From an uncultured virus (IMG/VR IMGVR_UViG_3300021400_000104) (taxonomy: Duplodnaviria; Heunggongvirae; Uroviricota; Caudoviricetes), in IMG/VR virus record IMGVR_UViG_3300021400_000104: a stretch of DNA of 61,273 bases, one strand, 5' to 3'. Within the stretch, counting starts at the first letter, position 1; every line of letters starts with the position of its first letter. Positions 43,130 to 56,650 of this stretch are shown in pieces. The notes beneath the pieces are model-generated. The model ran no database searches. It worked only from the letters and a program-made list of their open reading frames with translations, and was not told where the DNA came from. The translations under genes and the position numbers were made by a program.

Positions 43130-43962
43130 GGCAAGAACCCCACGGACGCGAGCCAGGCCTCGTCACGCATTTGGGCGAGGGTGGCGCGGGTCCATCCCGA
43201 CAGGCTACCACTGATAGCTGCGGAAGGATCCAGCGCGATGATGCAGCTAGATGCGCTACGGGAAATGCGCACTGTGCCAGAGTTTTCGCGGATGGCGGCG
43301 TAGCTGTAGCTTATCTCTCCGGCGGCGTCCCCAATCAGTGTGATCTGTCCGGTGCTATCCGTTAGTGCGTCAAAGACAACGGCCGACCGGACAAAAGAGC
43401 AGGCCGTTCCGAGGATAGCGCCCGCCCCGCCGCCGCGCAGCACTTCTGTCGGGAAATAGATCGTCGTACGCAAAAAATCGCATGTCCAGAAAAAATCGCT
43501 CCTGCCTGCGGCTCCCGCTGTAGAGGAGATCGAGAGCGCGCAATCCTGGAAGAATAGTTCATCTGCAAAACTGCCGACAGAAGTGCTTACGTCGAGCTTT
43601 ACGCAGAAACGGCACCCTGTAAAAAGCGGCTTTGCGCCACTTCCATACGCGGTGAGTATATCGAATCTTGCCGCCCACTTAAATCCCACTTCCAGCGTCA
43701 GTCCGTCGATGGTAATGCCTTTTGCGAAGCTGATCGGCGTCACGGCAGTGCGAAGCGTCAGACCGCGAAGCGAGAAACCGCCGCCTTCGACAGAGGCCGC
43801 CCACGTGACCGGCTCCGTCAGCTCTCCGCCGTAGTTCGGGTCCTCCGCCGCATTGATGTTCCGGTCCAGCGCCACATACGCTCCGCTCGTCCCGACAGCC
43901 TAAATAAACTCTGTTAAAGTTTCCGGAATAAATGGATTGTTTTCTGTTCCATCTCCTCTCAT
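43126..43962 (-). CDS. putative beta-helical/tail-associated protein, mostly high-GC
   Basis: MRGDGTENNPFI start, one TAG, then a GC-rich coding segment. Confidence 0.65.
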
Positions 43963-44272
43963 TTAATCTCCTCCCATTTGTAATAATAGAGCATAAGCTC
44001 TCAATTATAAGTAATAAAGTCCTCTATTTGATTTAAAATCTTACAAATCCTCTTTATTCTTCACCTGAAATTTTACATCTGTCATTTCTTTCCTATATAA
44101 AAACATGTCAATTAAAAAATCCAATCCAACCATCTACCAAAAACTTAACTAAGGAAGTCCAAAAATAGCTACTGCAATTACCTTCCATAACCAAACCTAA
44201 AAAACAATACTAACGAACAGAAGTCCTAGCGTGGCAATAATAAAACCTGCAAATTCATATCCATTAGTTATT

Positions 44273-44824
44273 TTAATTTTCATTCAAATTCACTTCCTCA
44301 TTTTCCATTTTAGAAAATAATATCATATTATCAACAAGTTCACTAATTTTAACATATTCAATTGGCGTATAGTCCCAATCTTCAATACTTAAACTTAAAA
44401 TATTATTTTCAAAAACCTCTTTCTATCCAGAAATAGACTTTGCGCTTACGCAAGGAACATCGCTATTCTTTAACTCTTTAATTGATGGTAAATAATCTTT
44501 TGAAGTATAAATTACAATAACACAACTCTTTCCGTCAATCTTTCCCGGCACAGCGCCATTCATCTTAAAACATTTCTTCCCGGTCAAAGCTCTCCAATTT
44601 TCTGCCTCCGAATCATTCTTGTCTACTCCGATAATCTTTTTAGTTCCATGAAGTTTATTAAAAGTTAATACTAGATGTTCCCAAGAAGTCTCCTTATATC
44701 CTATATCTCCAAATAAAACAACTAAGTCATCTTCTTTAACAATCTTATTCCATCTTTCGATAATCGTTTTATCTCGATTTTCAGAAAAACCAAAATTAGC
44801 ATCAGCAACGACATAAACAGACAT
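44273..44824 (-). CDS. metallophosphoesterase-fold protein, degenerate (TAG-recoded)
   Basis: VVADANFG, ERWN..V..DDLVVLFGDI, WDYTPI. Confidence 0.65.
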
Positions 44825-45032
44825 TATATCCCTCCTTTATTATCAATTTAATTATATCATAACCAATTAAAAAAGTCAAACTTTTAAGTACATAATAAAA
44901 AGGTCAGTATAAGATATACTGACCTTTATAAAGACGTAGTTTTCCCATGTTGATATTTTCGCTTTTTACATTGGATTTCTTTTGCTTGCGCATTGAAGTT
45001 GCCTATTCAATCGCTATCTTCTCATTATGGGG

Positions 45033-46060
45033 TTAATTTACAATCCAACATTCTACCTGAACAACGCCCTAATTTCTAAATGGACAATTGCTCGCATATA
45101 TATAATAAAAATCAATTACATTAGGATTTCCAGCATCGCTATCATCCAAATAATAATATCCGTTCATAGAAGGGTATCCACTAATTTCAAGACGGACTTT
45201 TGTTCTTCCGCCGCTATGCTTATATCCATAAGTCTTATATAAATAACTTGAAGCAATAGAACCCTTAATATCATTTGAAGTATTACATTCAATTAATGAA
45301 CGCCCTGATCCGCCCTTTTTAGCACATCCATAGCAGTAATAAGTTCCACGCGTAAATCTCTTTACATACGTTTCATTACTATTTACCTAAATAGGTTCAC
45401 TAACAGGGATAAAATATTCACTTCTCAATTCTACAACCTTAGACTATACTTCATTATAGTCATATCCGGCCTATTCAAGTCTCTATTTTCTTTCAGGGCC
45501 ATTACCCCATTTCCCCTCCCACACTTCTCTAGCAATATCTTCTATAGACTTAGAAACAACTTCAACTGCTTCAGTATTTTTTTCAGTCTATGTTTCTGTG
45601 GTAGTTTCTATGGAGATAGTTGTAGTTTCAATAGTAGCCGCCTCAGTTGTTACACTTGTAGCCACAGTAGTATTAATTTCACAAGCATATGCAGTCTGTG
45701 CAATATTATTAATTACTGGGCGGCTTACTGAAAATTTTCAGTAGTCTCCACGATGGACTCTATTAAAGAACTTTTAATAGTCTCATCATTAGTTTCAATC
45801 TCTACCGTTTCAGTTAAAAGAGTAGTCTCAACTGACTCAGTAGCATCTTCAGTTTCAATAGTTGTATTTGTAGTAGCAACAGTAGTTCCTTCGAGAGTCT
45901 CTTCAGCACTCTCGATGGTAGTCTAAATAGTATCTTCAGTAGTAGTTACAATTGTAGTCTCCGTAACTGGAGCCTCGACTGGAGTAATTTCATCATTAGT
46001 GCAACCTGCACCAACACATGCTACTAAACCTAATACAATACCTACAATAATTCTCTTCAT
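45033..46060 (-). CDS. lipoprotein with Thr/Glu linker, Cpl-7 (CW_7) repeat and 3D-like domain, split by a -1 frameshift near 45735
   Basis: Lipobox-like GAGC; IAREVWEGKWGNGPERK; YYLDDSDAGNPNVIDFY; frame 1 stops at TAA 45725. Confidence 0.7.
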
Positions 46061-46177
46061 TAAAAATTCCTCCTTTTATGGCTTAATGCCAATGAAAGGA
46101 AAACTACGTTTTCGCCGCCGAAGCGACATATATAATGTAGATTTTCATATCCCATATTATAAGAAAATCATACATAA

Positions 46178-46687
46178 TCAAATAAATAACTCTTTTGGTG
46201 GAGCCTTATGTCCGAAAAAAAGAATATCAATTTCTTTCTCGTTTACAAAAGCAAGCCAACCACAAATTTCTTTATAAGGTTTTTCAAAAATATTATAATG
46301 AATCTCCCCATCAATTAAATCGGATTGATTAATTTCCTAAATTGCCTATTCAATTTCATCTTTCTATTTATATAGATCATAAGTATTTTCCATTAATTCA
46401 GCAACACAATTTAATTTATCAAATGGCGGCAGAAAAGCTATCGGCGCACCAAAACAAAAAATAGTAGCTTTAGAACAATAAGACTTTTCTGGCTTTTTAA
46501 TGTCAACTCCACTTGCCGATAGTTGCGCATAAATTAATGGGATCATTCTTTCTAAAAAAACTTTTGATAATGGAATTTGCTCAATACGAATATAATTAAG
46601 CCAGTAATTAAACCATCCTGCTATTTCAACTCGAACGTCTCCATCATCATATATAACTTCATTTTTCAAAAAATCAAAAAAATCCAT
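46178..46687 (-). CDS. hypothetical protein (TAG-recoded)
   Basis: Continues through three TAGs to TGA at 46178. Confidence 0.6.
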
Positions 46688-46693
46688 TACGCA

Positions 46694-47779
46694 TCAGAAC
46701 TCTATAATATTAGTGTGCTGCACTCCAATAAGAGTAGATTTATTTCTATATCCGCCCCGTCTAGTAAATGAAGGACACCAATACAATGTATTTTCAGCTC
46801 TAGTTGCTCCCACATAAGCAATTCTTCGTTCATCTTCGCTATAAGTTTTTGCCCCGACAACAATAACATTTTTATTTTCAAGGCCTTTAGAAGAATGAAT
46901 TGTTAGAACTTTAACTCTATCTGTTCGCATAAGAGCATCAAGTTCATCATTATCATCAAGGTCACCTTTCTTAAAAGTAATATTAGGAATCTCTTTCTTA
47001 TCAAGAATCTCTTGAATATTTGCAAGTTCATTATTCGTTCTTGTTAAAATAAACCAACTTCCCCAATTTCCAGAATATTCTAATTCTTCAACTGCCTCGA
47101 AGAAACTTTCCTTAATCACTTCGCCTTCTTTTGTTTTCACAGGAGTTGACCTTGGACTTAATTGGATAAGAGAACTAATAAGGCTATCAGCAAATTTTAA
47201 AATACTGGGCGCATTACGATAATTTTCTGTTAGATAATATTTTGTAAATTCTGGATTTTTATACATTTGTATTAAATATTCATCTGTAGTGCCTTTGAAC
47301 CCGTAAATCATCTAACGATTATCTCCAACAAAAAAAATATTTTCTGTAGGAATTTTTTTAATAAAATCATATTCAAGAGGACACAAATCTTGGCACTCAT
47401 CCACTAGCACATGCTTTACTTTTGGATAACGATCTCTTGAAATAGTAAGAGCCTTCTTTAAAATCATATCAAATTGTTTGTTATCAATATAATTTTGTGT
47501 CTTAATATTGTTATTTAAACAAATTTTATTCGCATAGGAATGAATAGTTCCAATAAAGGCCCCATCTGCCACTCCATTAAGTCTCTTTTTCATTTCATCT
47601 GCTGCCATGTTTGTAAAAGTAATGGCTACAATATCCGCAGGATTAATATTTTTTTCTGTAATCAATAGACGGATGCGCTCAGTTAAAACTCGAGTCTTTC
47701 CTGCCGCGGCCGCAGCCAAACAAAGAATTTTATTTTCAGTGGCATTAAGAGCCTTTGTCTATCGAATATTAAACTTCAT
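46694..47779 (-). CDS. compact UvrD/Rep-family SF1 helicase (TAG-recoded)
   Basis: Q-motif Gln and GDNR(Q)MIYGFKG Gln both encoded by TAG; AAGKT, TFTN.AA, DECQD, NYR, TIHSSKGLE, YVGATRA. Confidence 0.9.
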
Positions 47780-47861
47780 CTTTTATACCTCCTATTTTCA
47801 AAATCTATAAAAATTATAACATAAAAAAGTAGAGAAGTCAAATAAATGACTTCTCTTTTTA

Positions 47862-50444
47862 TTAAAAGGTTAAATTATTTATATCTCCAGCTCCACTCAT
47901 TGTAATACCATTATCATTTGTTTTAAATGTAACATTGATAAATCCATTCTTATAAATCCTATTTTGATTTTCAGAAGTAAGTTTCCCTAAATTATAATTA
48001 ATGCCAGTATTTATAAAGCTCTATGTTCTATCTTCTATTTTAATCTAAGGAGATAAATTTATATTGCCATTGCTATCTTTAATTAAATTAGCATAAGTTT
48101 CTGGCGCCCATCCCGTTCCAAAGACTATTTTATTAGTAAAATCTATTGAACAATGAGGTCTATTGCTAGGTTTCTAGTTATTCCCATCAGAATATCTTTC
48201 AGGATAAACTTCTCTATTATGATCATACCAAACAAGCTATCCACCAGACATATCTATATTAATTCCAGAATCTGTCTTTTCAATGCTCGCCGCTTCGCAC
48301 CCAATATATAATCTTCTCCATCTTCCGCCTTGAGTGATACTGAAAACCTAATTATTTCTTGTCCAATACCCATCAAAAAGAAATGGACTATCTATTACAA
48401 TAGGGAAAGAAGTATCTGTTTCTTCAGATGCATAAACTATATCAGTAATAATTCCAGAATTCCATTGCGGGCCAGCAGTACCAGTCCAATAAGCGCAACC
48501 AATTTTTGTACAATAAATTGCAGCTTTTCCCTTGTCTGCTCCGAGAATTTTCTTCCCTGAAATACTTGGCTCATTAATAGGATTTTCATAAGTTGGCTCA
48601 TTATCATTTCTTAAATGTTTAATATATCTAATACTTAACTAAGATAAAAGTTCAGGAGTCAATTCCTCGGCATAAAAAATAGGTTTATAATATTTAGAGT
48701 CATCACCCTCTTTCATTTTATCAGAATAAAAATAGTTATAATTAAAATAAACTACTTTTCCAGTCTATGCCTACATCTAAGTTTTATTTACTTTCAAGTG
48801 ATAGGCACCAATTCCATAGGTATCCATATCATAAACTTTCTCTGTCCCATAGCTATCAGTATCCTCATTTAATGCGCCAATTAAAGTGAAATTACTCCTA
48901 TTAACTTTAGCCTATTTATTTTCGCCTTCGACAAGATTAGCAGGATAGAAGTCACCAATTTTAATCAGTTTGAACTCAGCATTTTGTATATCAGGAACTT
49001 TAGTCTTTTTCCTATAACTAATTAATTCACCAAAATAAAAAGCTCTATTAGTCTATCCTTCTTTATTCTCTTTAAACTCTAAAATCTTCTATGATTTACT
49101 TAAAACATCATGACTGGGTAATTCCTATAAAATATATTTATTATCAATAAAACTAATTTTTCTTAATCGAGAATCTTTATCTAAAAAAGGTTCTCCAGAT
49201 CCAGTCATGGATATAAGACTTCCTTCTGCCGCGTCAATTAACTCTAAAGAACTATTTTTACTATCATCCAATAAAATATCTGTTGGAGTTAATTTTAAAT
49301 ATAAATGAGGAATAACTCTTATTGCTCCATAATAATATCCCTATTCTTTATCAGTTCGACTACTTACACTCGAGAACGGAGTAAAATAATTATAGGAAAT
49401 TAATAATGGATTTTCTTTAATTGCATATATATAATCAGAATAATCTTTATTTTCATAGCCTTTGTCAATAGTTATCGCGGCGGGACCTGAACCTAGACTA
49501 TTATACAGCCAAATTTTCCTCCAATTTTTAGCTCCCTAATGATAAGTGAAAATCGCCGGAATAACAATTGCGCTATAATAATTGGCATAATAGTTATCTA
49601 TTCTATAATAGGGAATTATACATAAATTTTGATTTTTATATTTCTAAGTAAGATAATTAATTTTATTAATAATATCAGCAGATATTTCTTCTTTTTTATT
49701 CTCATAATCAAGAAAAATACTATTATTTGGATTTTCTCTTTTCTTTATTAATTCTGTATAAAAATAATCTTCTATTCTCTCAAAATTCCCATTAAACTAT
49801 CCGCCATAAAAATCATACTTATTAAAATTCTAGGTGGCGGAAGAGGGTAAAGGAAGCATCTCTATATGTATATTATCATTATATTTTTGAGTCTAAATTA
49901 TAAATGAAGCCCATAAATAAATTACATTTTCCCATAACTATAAAATTTCATTAATTAATCCCTTAATCACATTTGGCAATAAACTCTCATCATCTAAAAG
50001 CCAAAAACATGCTGCCGCGGCAACCTAAGAAATAACCCAAAAATTTCTATTTAAATCTTCTATCTCGACTCTTCTAGTATATTTTGGCATTAATAAACGA
50101 ATCCAGTTATTATCATTTAACATTTGCTTCTAAGTATGAGTAAATTGTAAATTCATAACATCATTCAAAACAGAAATAGTTTTATCCTCATCTCTTACCT
50201 TTTTATACTATTTATTATTAATATTGAGGGAAGGGATGACCCAATCGTCTTCTCCCTCCTCATTATTAGAAAAACTTTTTCCTGCATCTGCTTTTTTTAT
50301 CTCATTTATAGTAACAACAGTTTCTCCATCTTTTGTTTTTAAAAACGGAGTGTTTTCATCATTAATCTGGCGCTTTAACTCTAAAAAATTATTAACTAAT
50401 CTTTCGACACTTTCATTCCAATAATTTCCTATTTGATCTGCCAT
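47862..50444 (-). CDS. large putative virion protein, paralog 3 (about 860 aa, TAG-dense)
   Basis: Start and stop in frame; shared domain YWNESV...DAG...LQFT...RLLMPKY.RRVEIEDLNRNFWVI; not every internal codon checked. Confidence 0.65.
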
Positions 50445-50457
50445 TATTTCACCCCCA

Positions 50458-50655
50458 TCAGTCAATTATATGAAAGTCTTTATCAATGCTCTTATCAAGA
50501 AAATCAATGAAAGTTCCATCTGTAATTTCACTCTAATAAATAAAATTAATTTCGTTATTTAAAATTTTTAATAATTCAATACCAAAATCGTCCTAAAAAC
50601 CCTAAGTAATAAAACCATTAAAATCACTTCTATTAAGTAATTCTTCTCTTGTCAT
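50458..50655 (-). CDS. small hypothetical protein (three TAGs)
   Basis: MTREELLN... to TGA. Confidence 0.5.
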
Positions 50656-50666
50656 TACATCACCTA

Positions 50667-53165
50667 TTAAAAATCAATTATTCCATTATTAGATTTTAAC
50701 CAAGCACGTTCAATCATTTCATTCGTGCAAGTATCTAAATAAGAAAAATCTTCATCTACATGCAGAGGGAATTGCTCGCCACATTTCCAATCTAGACGTT
50801 CTTCTGGTAAAGTGATTATTGATTGCGATAGTCTACCAGCTCTCTTAATTTCATCATACCAATATATATAGCCTTTTTCTAAATCTACTATGCAAGTTTT
50901 TCTCCATATTACTGCCGCCCTTAAAAATTTTTTATGATTATCATTTTTATTATTATAATCTTCTTTCATTTCTAGCAATAAGGTATATCTATCCATATTA
51001 TACAAATAAAACTTGTCAATAATATAAGGATTTTCGATATCTGTTGTACTATGAATATTTAGTATAGGATTCTTAATATTTGTAGTAGTTGTCGCAGCTC
51101 CAGGATGCTATCCATTAAATACCTAAAAAGCTGAATAATATAAAGCAATGCTATTAATACTTCCGTTTTCTTTCCCCAAAATATTGTCCTCGTATGTTGG
51201 TCCAAGAAGACATCTTTTTCCTACTGAGCCATTCATTTCTAAAGGATTTGCGCAAGTATATGGTATATCTTCTGCTGTGGCATCATTTATTGTTTTTCCC
51301 TATTTAACTAAATATAACTTATGTTGCTCACAAATCCCATTTTGTTTAGTCGTTAATATAGCTAATGGAATCATTTCTCTTGAAATACCTGTTCCATCCC
51401 CCACGCTATATCTAATTAAATCGAATCTTGCACTATAATTTTCTAAAGTCTCTTTTGGGTTTGTTATTCCAAGCTACTAGTATATCTAATCAGACGAATT
51501 TGTAGTTACATGATTTTTTATATCAGAAAAACTCATTCCAGGAGTAATATAATTATAAATTGCTGTTTCAGTTCTCCAATTTATCTATTTTGTATAACTT
51601 GTTTTACTTATTAATTCGCCTTGATAATAGCCCATTTTAATTGAAGCAGTTACTGTTTCTGCTTCAGGAATATCACTTGCAACAGAACTGCTAGGCCAAT
51701 TTATATCATTCTAATTAGTATAAAATAGCGCGCAATAATCTGTTAAACTATTTTTATTTACTAATTCTCTTCCTACATCATAAAATTTTATCGTTAAATT
51801 TGGCTATTTTTCTCCATTTATAAAATCATATGAAAAAGTATATACAGGTCTAATTAAAGTTACAAATTTTCTTTTTTGGATTTCTGATTTTTCTTGTGCT
51901 TCTAACATAGATAAAGAATAATAGTTATCATCATCTTGATTTATTGAATATAAATACTAAGCTCCAATATCAGTATTCGTATACCCTCTCAAATGGAAAC
52001 CATCTTCATCTAAATAAGTCTTAAAAATTTTATTTAAATCATAATTCCATGTTTTAGTATTTCTATCATAAGTTAATAATAAATACTAAATTTCAGAAAA
52101 ATAACTATGTTCATAATTATTTACTCTATTCTCTAATAATATAAATAAGTTGCTATCCGTATAGGTATCTACTAAATAAGACAAATGTCTAAGAGTTTCA
52201 TTATTCTCTACTCTTGTATCTATTTGATGATTAAAGCTATCGTATTTTAAATAGTTTAATAAGAAATTAGAATTAATAGGCACAACTTCACAATGAACAT
52301 CTGTGTACTATTTCTTCTTACTTTGCGCCACGGTAGCAATCCATAGATACATTATATTTTCCCAAAGCTAACAAATTTCATTTAATATAGTATTATAAGT
52401 TTTAGGAATAATTGCATCATCACCAAAAAGATAACTTCCAAGGAGAGATGTTACCTATCCCATTACCCAAAAATTTCTATTTAAATCTTCTACTTCAACT
52501 TTTCGTAAATTCTTTGGCATCAATAGCCTGATCCACTATTGATATTTTTTTTCTTTGTCTTCTTCTCTAGTAAACTATAATTCTTCTTTATTAGAAAGAA
52601 CATCAACATTTTTATCTTTCCCGCGCACAGTTCGATAACTTTTTCTATTTAAGTTAAGCCAAGGAATTACCCAGGGAAATTTAACTTTAAATATATTTTC
52701 ATATTTTTCAACAATGTCTTCTTCTTTTACAAAATTTGCTCCTGCATCTGCATTTTTTAATGCGCCGGCATGAAAGATTTTTGAATCTTTATTTATGTCC
52801 TATCCATTCTAATCTTCATATTCTTCAATAGCATTATCATAGAAATAATAATTAAAATCTTTAATTAAATCATCAACAGATTCATTCCAATAATGATTAT
52901 CTCCTATATCTTTTAATACTCTTAAAAGATATAATTTATCCTCGTCTTTTAATTTAGCTTCATCATCTAAATCTGATTGAGAATTAATCTTCTACCCGTA
53001 TTTCGTTGGATCAATTCCTTCATCATTTTGAGTATATTTAGGATTTCTTTCTTTAAAATATTCTATTATATCGTCAAAAAAAGCAGACCGATCGTCTTCA
53101 TTCGGATAATTTTCTCTTATATATGATATATCAATATCATATATATTATTAAAATTCCCTCTCAT
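50667..53165 (-). CDS. large putative virion protein, paralog 2 (about 832 aa, TAG-dense)
   Basis: Start and stop in frame; same shared domain; C-terminal IWRK.C..DLE.G..YW. Confidence 0.65.
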
Positions 53166-53176
53166 TATCTCACCTC

Positions 53177-56100
53177 TTATGCTAAATCGCCGTTCCCAAT
53201 ATTAAACTAAATAAGATTTTCAATCATATGCTATGAATCACTCTAATACAATCTATTATAACTAGTCTATATTGTTTCAGAATTAATTGTATCTAAATAA
53301 TCAAGTTCTCTTTCTTTATTGAAATTAGGAAGACTTACTGCAATATAGTTTCCATATTCCCAGTTTGAAGTTGGCAGCATCTAAGCCTATTCTTCTTCTT
53401 GATTATTTAAATATAAAGCATAACAATTACTATTGGGAACTCTTGAAATTTCATCAATTGGTGTTCCATTTTCACTCCAATATACTCTTCCATTTTCTAA
53501 ATCAATACGGCATTTTCTTCTCCATATAATAGAACTTTGAGTTATATCTTTCCATTTACTATCTAACTGAAAATCAGTCCAGTTAAAATCAGTATTCTCT
53601 CCGTCATATCGCGCCGCGATTCCGTCATAAAATAAAAATGTATATCTATCTAAATTATAAGAGTAAAAATCATTAATTAACCCATTCAATTCTATCTATC
53701 CATACTCATCAAATCGAGGCTTATTAGTTGTAATTCGAGATACTTGTAAATTAGTTCTAGTCGTTGTTATTCCGCCGGAATACTCTGATTTTACAGATAA
53801 ACTATCCTCATTTTCAGGATTTGATAATGCTTTATAAGCAGGATAAATTAAGTTCCAGTTTTTAGTAGGTTCTCCATCTATTCCAATTTCAGATGGATTT
53901 ACTAAAGCCGGATCAGTTGAGCTTTTATTGCTAGTTCCATAGAAACATCTACGTCCACTTATTCCACCTTCTTTGGCCGGCGAAGCATCTGTTACTAAAA
54001 ATTTATTCCAAAAATTAAATCTTCTTTTCTGTTTTTCTTCTCCAGAACTTAGACTTTCAATTTCTTCCAATTCTTCAATTAGGCTTTCTGTGCTATCATC
54101 TTTATTACGAGTAATAAACACATATCTTGAAATATTATATCCTTCCATTCTAATGTACCCATAGTAATATGCCGATGCCGCTGTTCCACTACCAGTTGGA
54201 CTTAACATAGGGACTCCGATTAAATAGAAATAATTCTCTTCATCTGCATGTGTAGGTAAATAAATTTTTTCAAACCAATCTTTAATTCTACTATTCTCTG
54301 AATTTAAATCAGAAAAAGCCGAAATAATACCACCACTTTTATAATATAAAGAATTATAATTACTGGATAAATTAGGATATTCTGTTGTATCTCCTCGAAT
54401 ACCCCAAGCCACTATACCATTTTCTTCATCGTTGTCTCTTAAATTTGCATTTATATAATGGGAAACTCCATTTATCTCTCTTTGGACACTACTGTCACTT
54501 GGAGTAGTCTAATAGAAATATGGGTATTCTTCTCTTCTATCAAATATATCTGCCAATCCATCACGATAACTAACGACCTTAACCTAAAGCTCTGGAGTGA
54601 TAAAATCTGGTAACTCTGCCGGAGTTAAGTTATAATAACTTAACACTTCTCCCTAATAAAAACCTTTATTTTTATTTCTTGTTACTGTAGAAATCGCAAT
54701 TCCAGTTTCAATAATCTTTTCTGTTTCAATTTCCCCATTCTCTATTTTAATAGAGAAAATATTTACAAGTCTGTTATCAACATTCTCAATATCCGCAGCA
54801 ACATCTTCTCCAAAAATATTAATCTTACAAGAGGAAATTTGTAAATCTTCATCCATTTCTAGCTCTTCTAACTAAGAATGCAGGCGTAACATACGAAAAT
54901 AAACAGTAGAATCCTCTAATTTATCATAATCTTCTTTATTTAAAATAATATATTTATCATCTGTTTCACAAACATTCCCCAAATTTTTAAATTCATTTTT
55001 TAAATCTATTGCCCATTCTATAGGGTTCCCATTATCATCATTTTCTCTATAGACTATCCACTATTTGCTTTTTCTATTATAATAATAAAGCCCAAGATAT
55101 TTAACACCACTATAATAATTTTTAAAATAATTATTAATTCTAATTTCAGGCAAAATTAATAAGTTTTTATCGTCATACTAATCAATTAAATAAGAAATTC
55201 TATCTTCTATTTCTTCATCAAAATATGAAGATGCTTTATAAAAATTGTCAAATTTTCTATATTGCATTTCAGGAGTATTTGGTAAAGGAATATAGATAAA
55301 TTTTGTTTCATATGTGTTTTTAAAAGTAAGCTAAGAAAGAATTACCCATAAATAAAAAACATTCTCCCATAATCCTAATATTTCATCAATCATAGAATCT
55401 AAAAGATTATAAATTGGACTATCAGGATTGAACAAAAAAGAACTAATGCCGCTTAATGTCTATCCTATTACCCAAAAGTTTCTATCTAAGTCTTCGACTT
55501 CAACTCTTCTTAAATATTTAGGCATTAATAGTCTAACCTTTCCACTATTTAATTCATAATCTTTTTCCATCGTATATTGCAATTCACGATTATTTGTTAA
55601 TGTAGAAATAATCTTATCAATATTTCTTACAATAGAATAGTTTTCTTCATCAATATTTGACCAAGGTTTTACCCATTCTTCATCTTGATGGAAAGAGTTA
55701 CCCGCGTCTGAATTAATTAAATCAGTAATTTTAAATTTTACTTTCCCCTCTCCCATCGGAATCGTACCAATGGTATCTTCTAAATCAGTTTCAATATTTT
55801 TTAAAGTCTAATAATCAAAATTATTTATATATTTCTTAACTAACTCCTAAACACTTTCATTCCAAAAATTTGCTCCTGATTCTTTATCCCTAATTGCCTT
55901 CTTTATTTTTTCAAATTTATTATCATCAATATCAGCTTTTTTATTAATATATTCAAAAAATCCAACAAAATTATCTTTTCCATGAAAAAAATCCTCTGAC
56001 ATGATACCAGAATGAGATAAATATTTCTTTTCACTATTTAGGTATTCTAATAAATAATACCAAAAGGTATTTTTATTTTTAATAAATCCATCAAGCGCCG

Positions 56101-56239
56101 CGCCACTAATTTTTTCTCCCTCAATTCTATTCTCTTCTTGTAAATTATCATTAGTATGCACACCATCTGCATAATTATCTATTAAATCAGTGATAACATC
56201 CCATATATTATCATAATTATAAACATAAGAACTTGACAT
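53177..56239 (-). CDS. large putative virion protein, paralog 1 (about 1020 aa, TAG-dense)
   Basis: Track ORFs 55847, 55460, 54653, 53696 and 53387 share one frame joined by TAG; same shared domains. Confidence 0.68.
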
Positions 56240-56556
56240 TAATTATCTTCTCCTTCTTCCTCTTTTATCTAAAATCTTTTCCAAATTTTCATAAATGTAT
56301 CAAAACCATTCATACTTGTATATCCAACAATAAAACTCATAAAGAAACCTAATATTACCCCTTTAATAGATAAATCAATGAAAAATAATACAAAAACAAT
56401 ACATACAACTAAAGAAGTTAATAATGTTACTAATGAAGTTGGAATTTTTTTAGGAATAAACTTTTTAATTACCTCAACAATAATATTAACAATAGCTGAC
56501 AGAACTCCCAATCCACCTAGCGCGGTCGAAGTAGATAAACCAAAAATTTCTAACAT
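56239..56556 (-). CDS. putative holin
   Basis: About 105 aa, three hydrophobic helices, adjacent to the endolysin. Confidence 0.65.
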
Positions 56557-56650
56557 TACAATCCCTCCTTTATCAATTGGCTTTTCGCCATATAATTTCA
56601 TAATAAAAGTAAAAAATAAGGGGAAGACATCTAATATCTTCCCCTTATGA

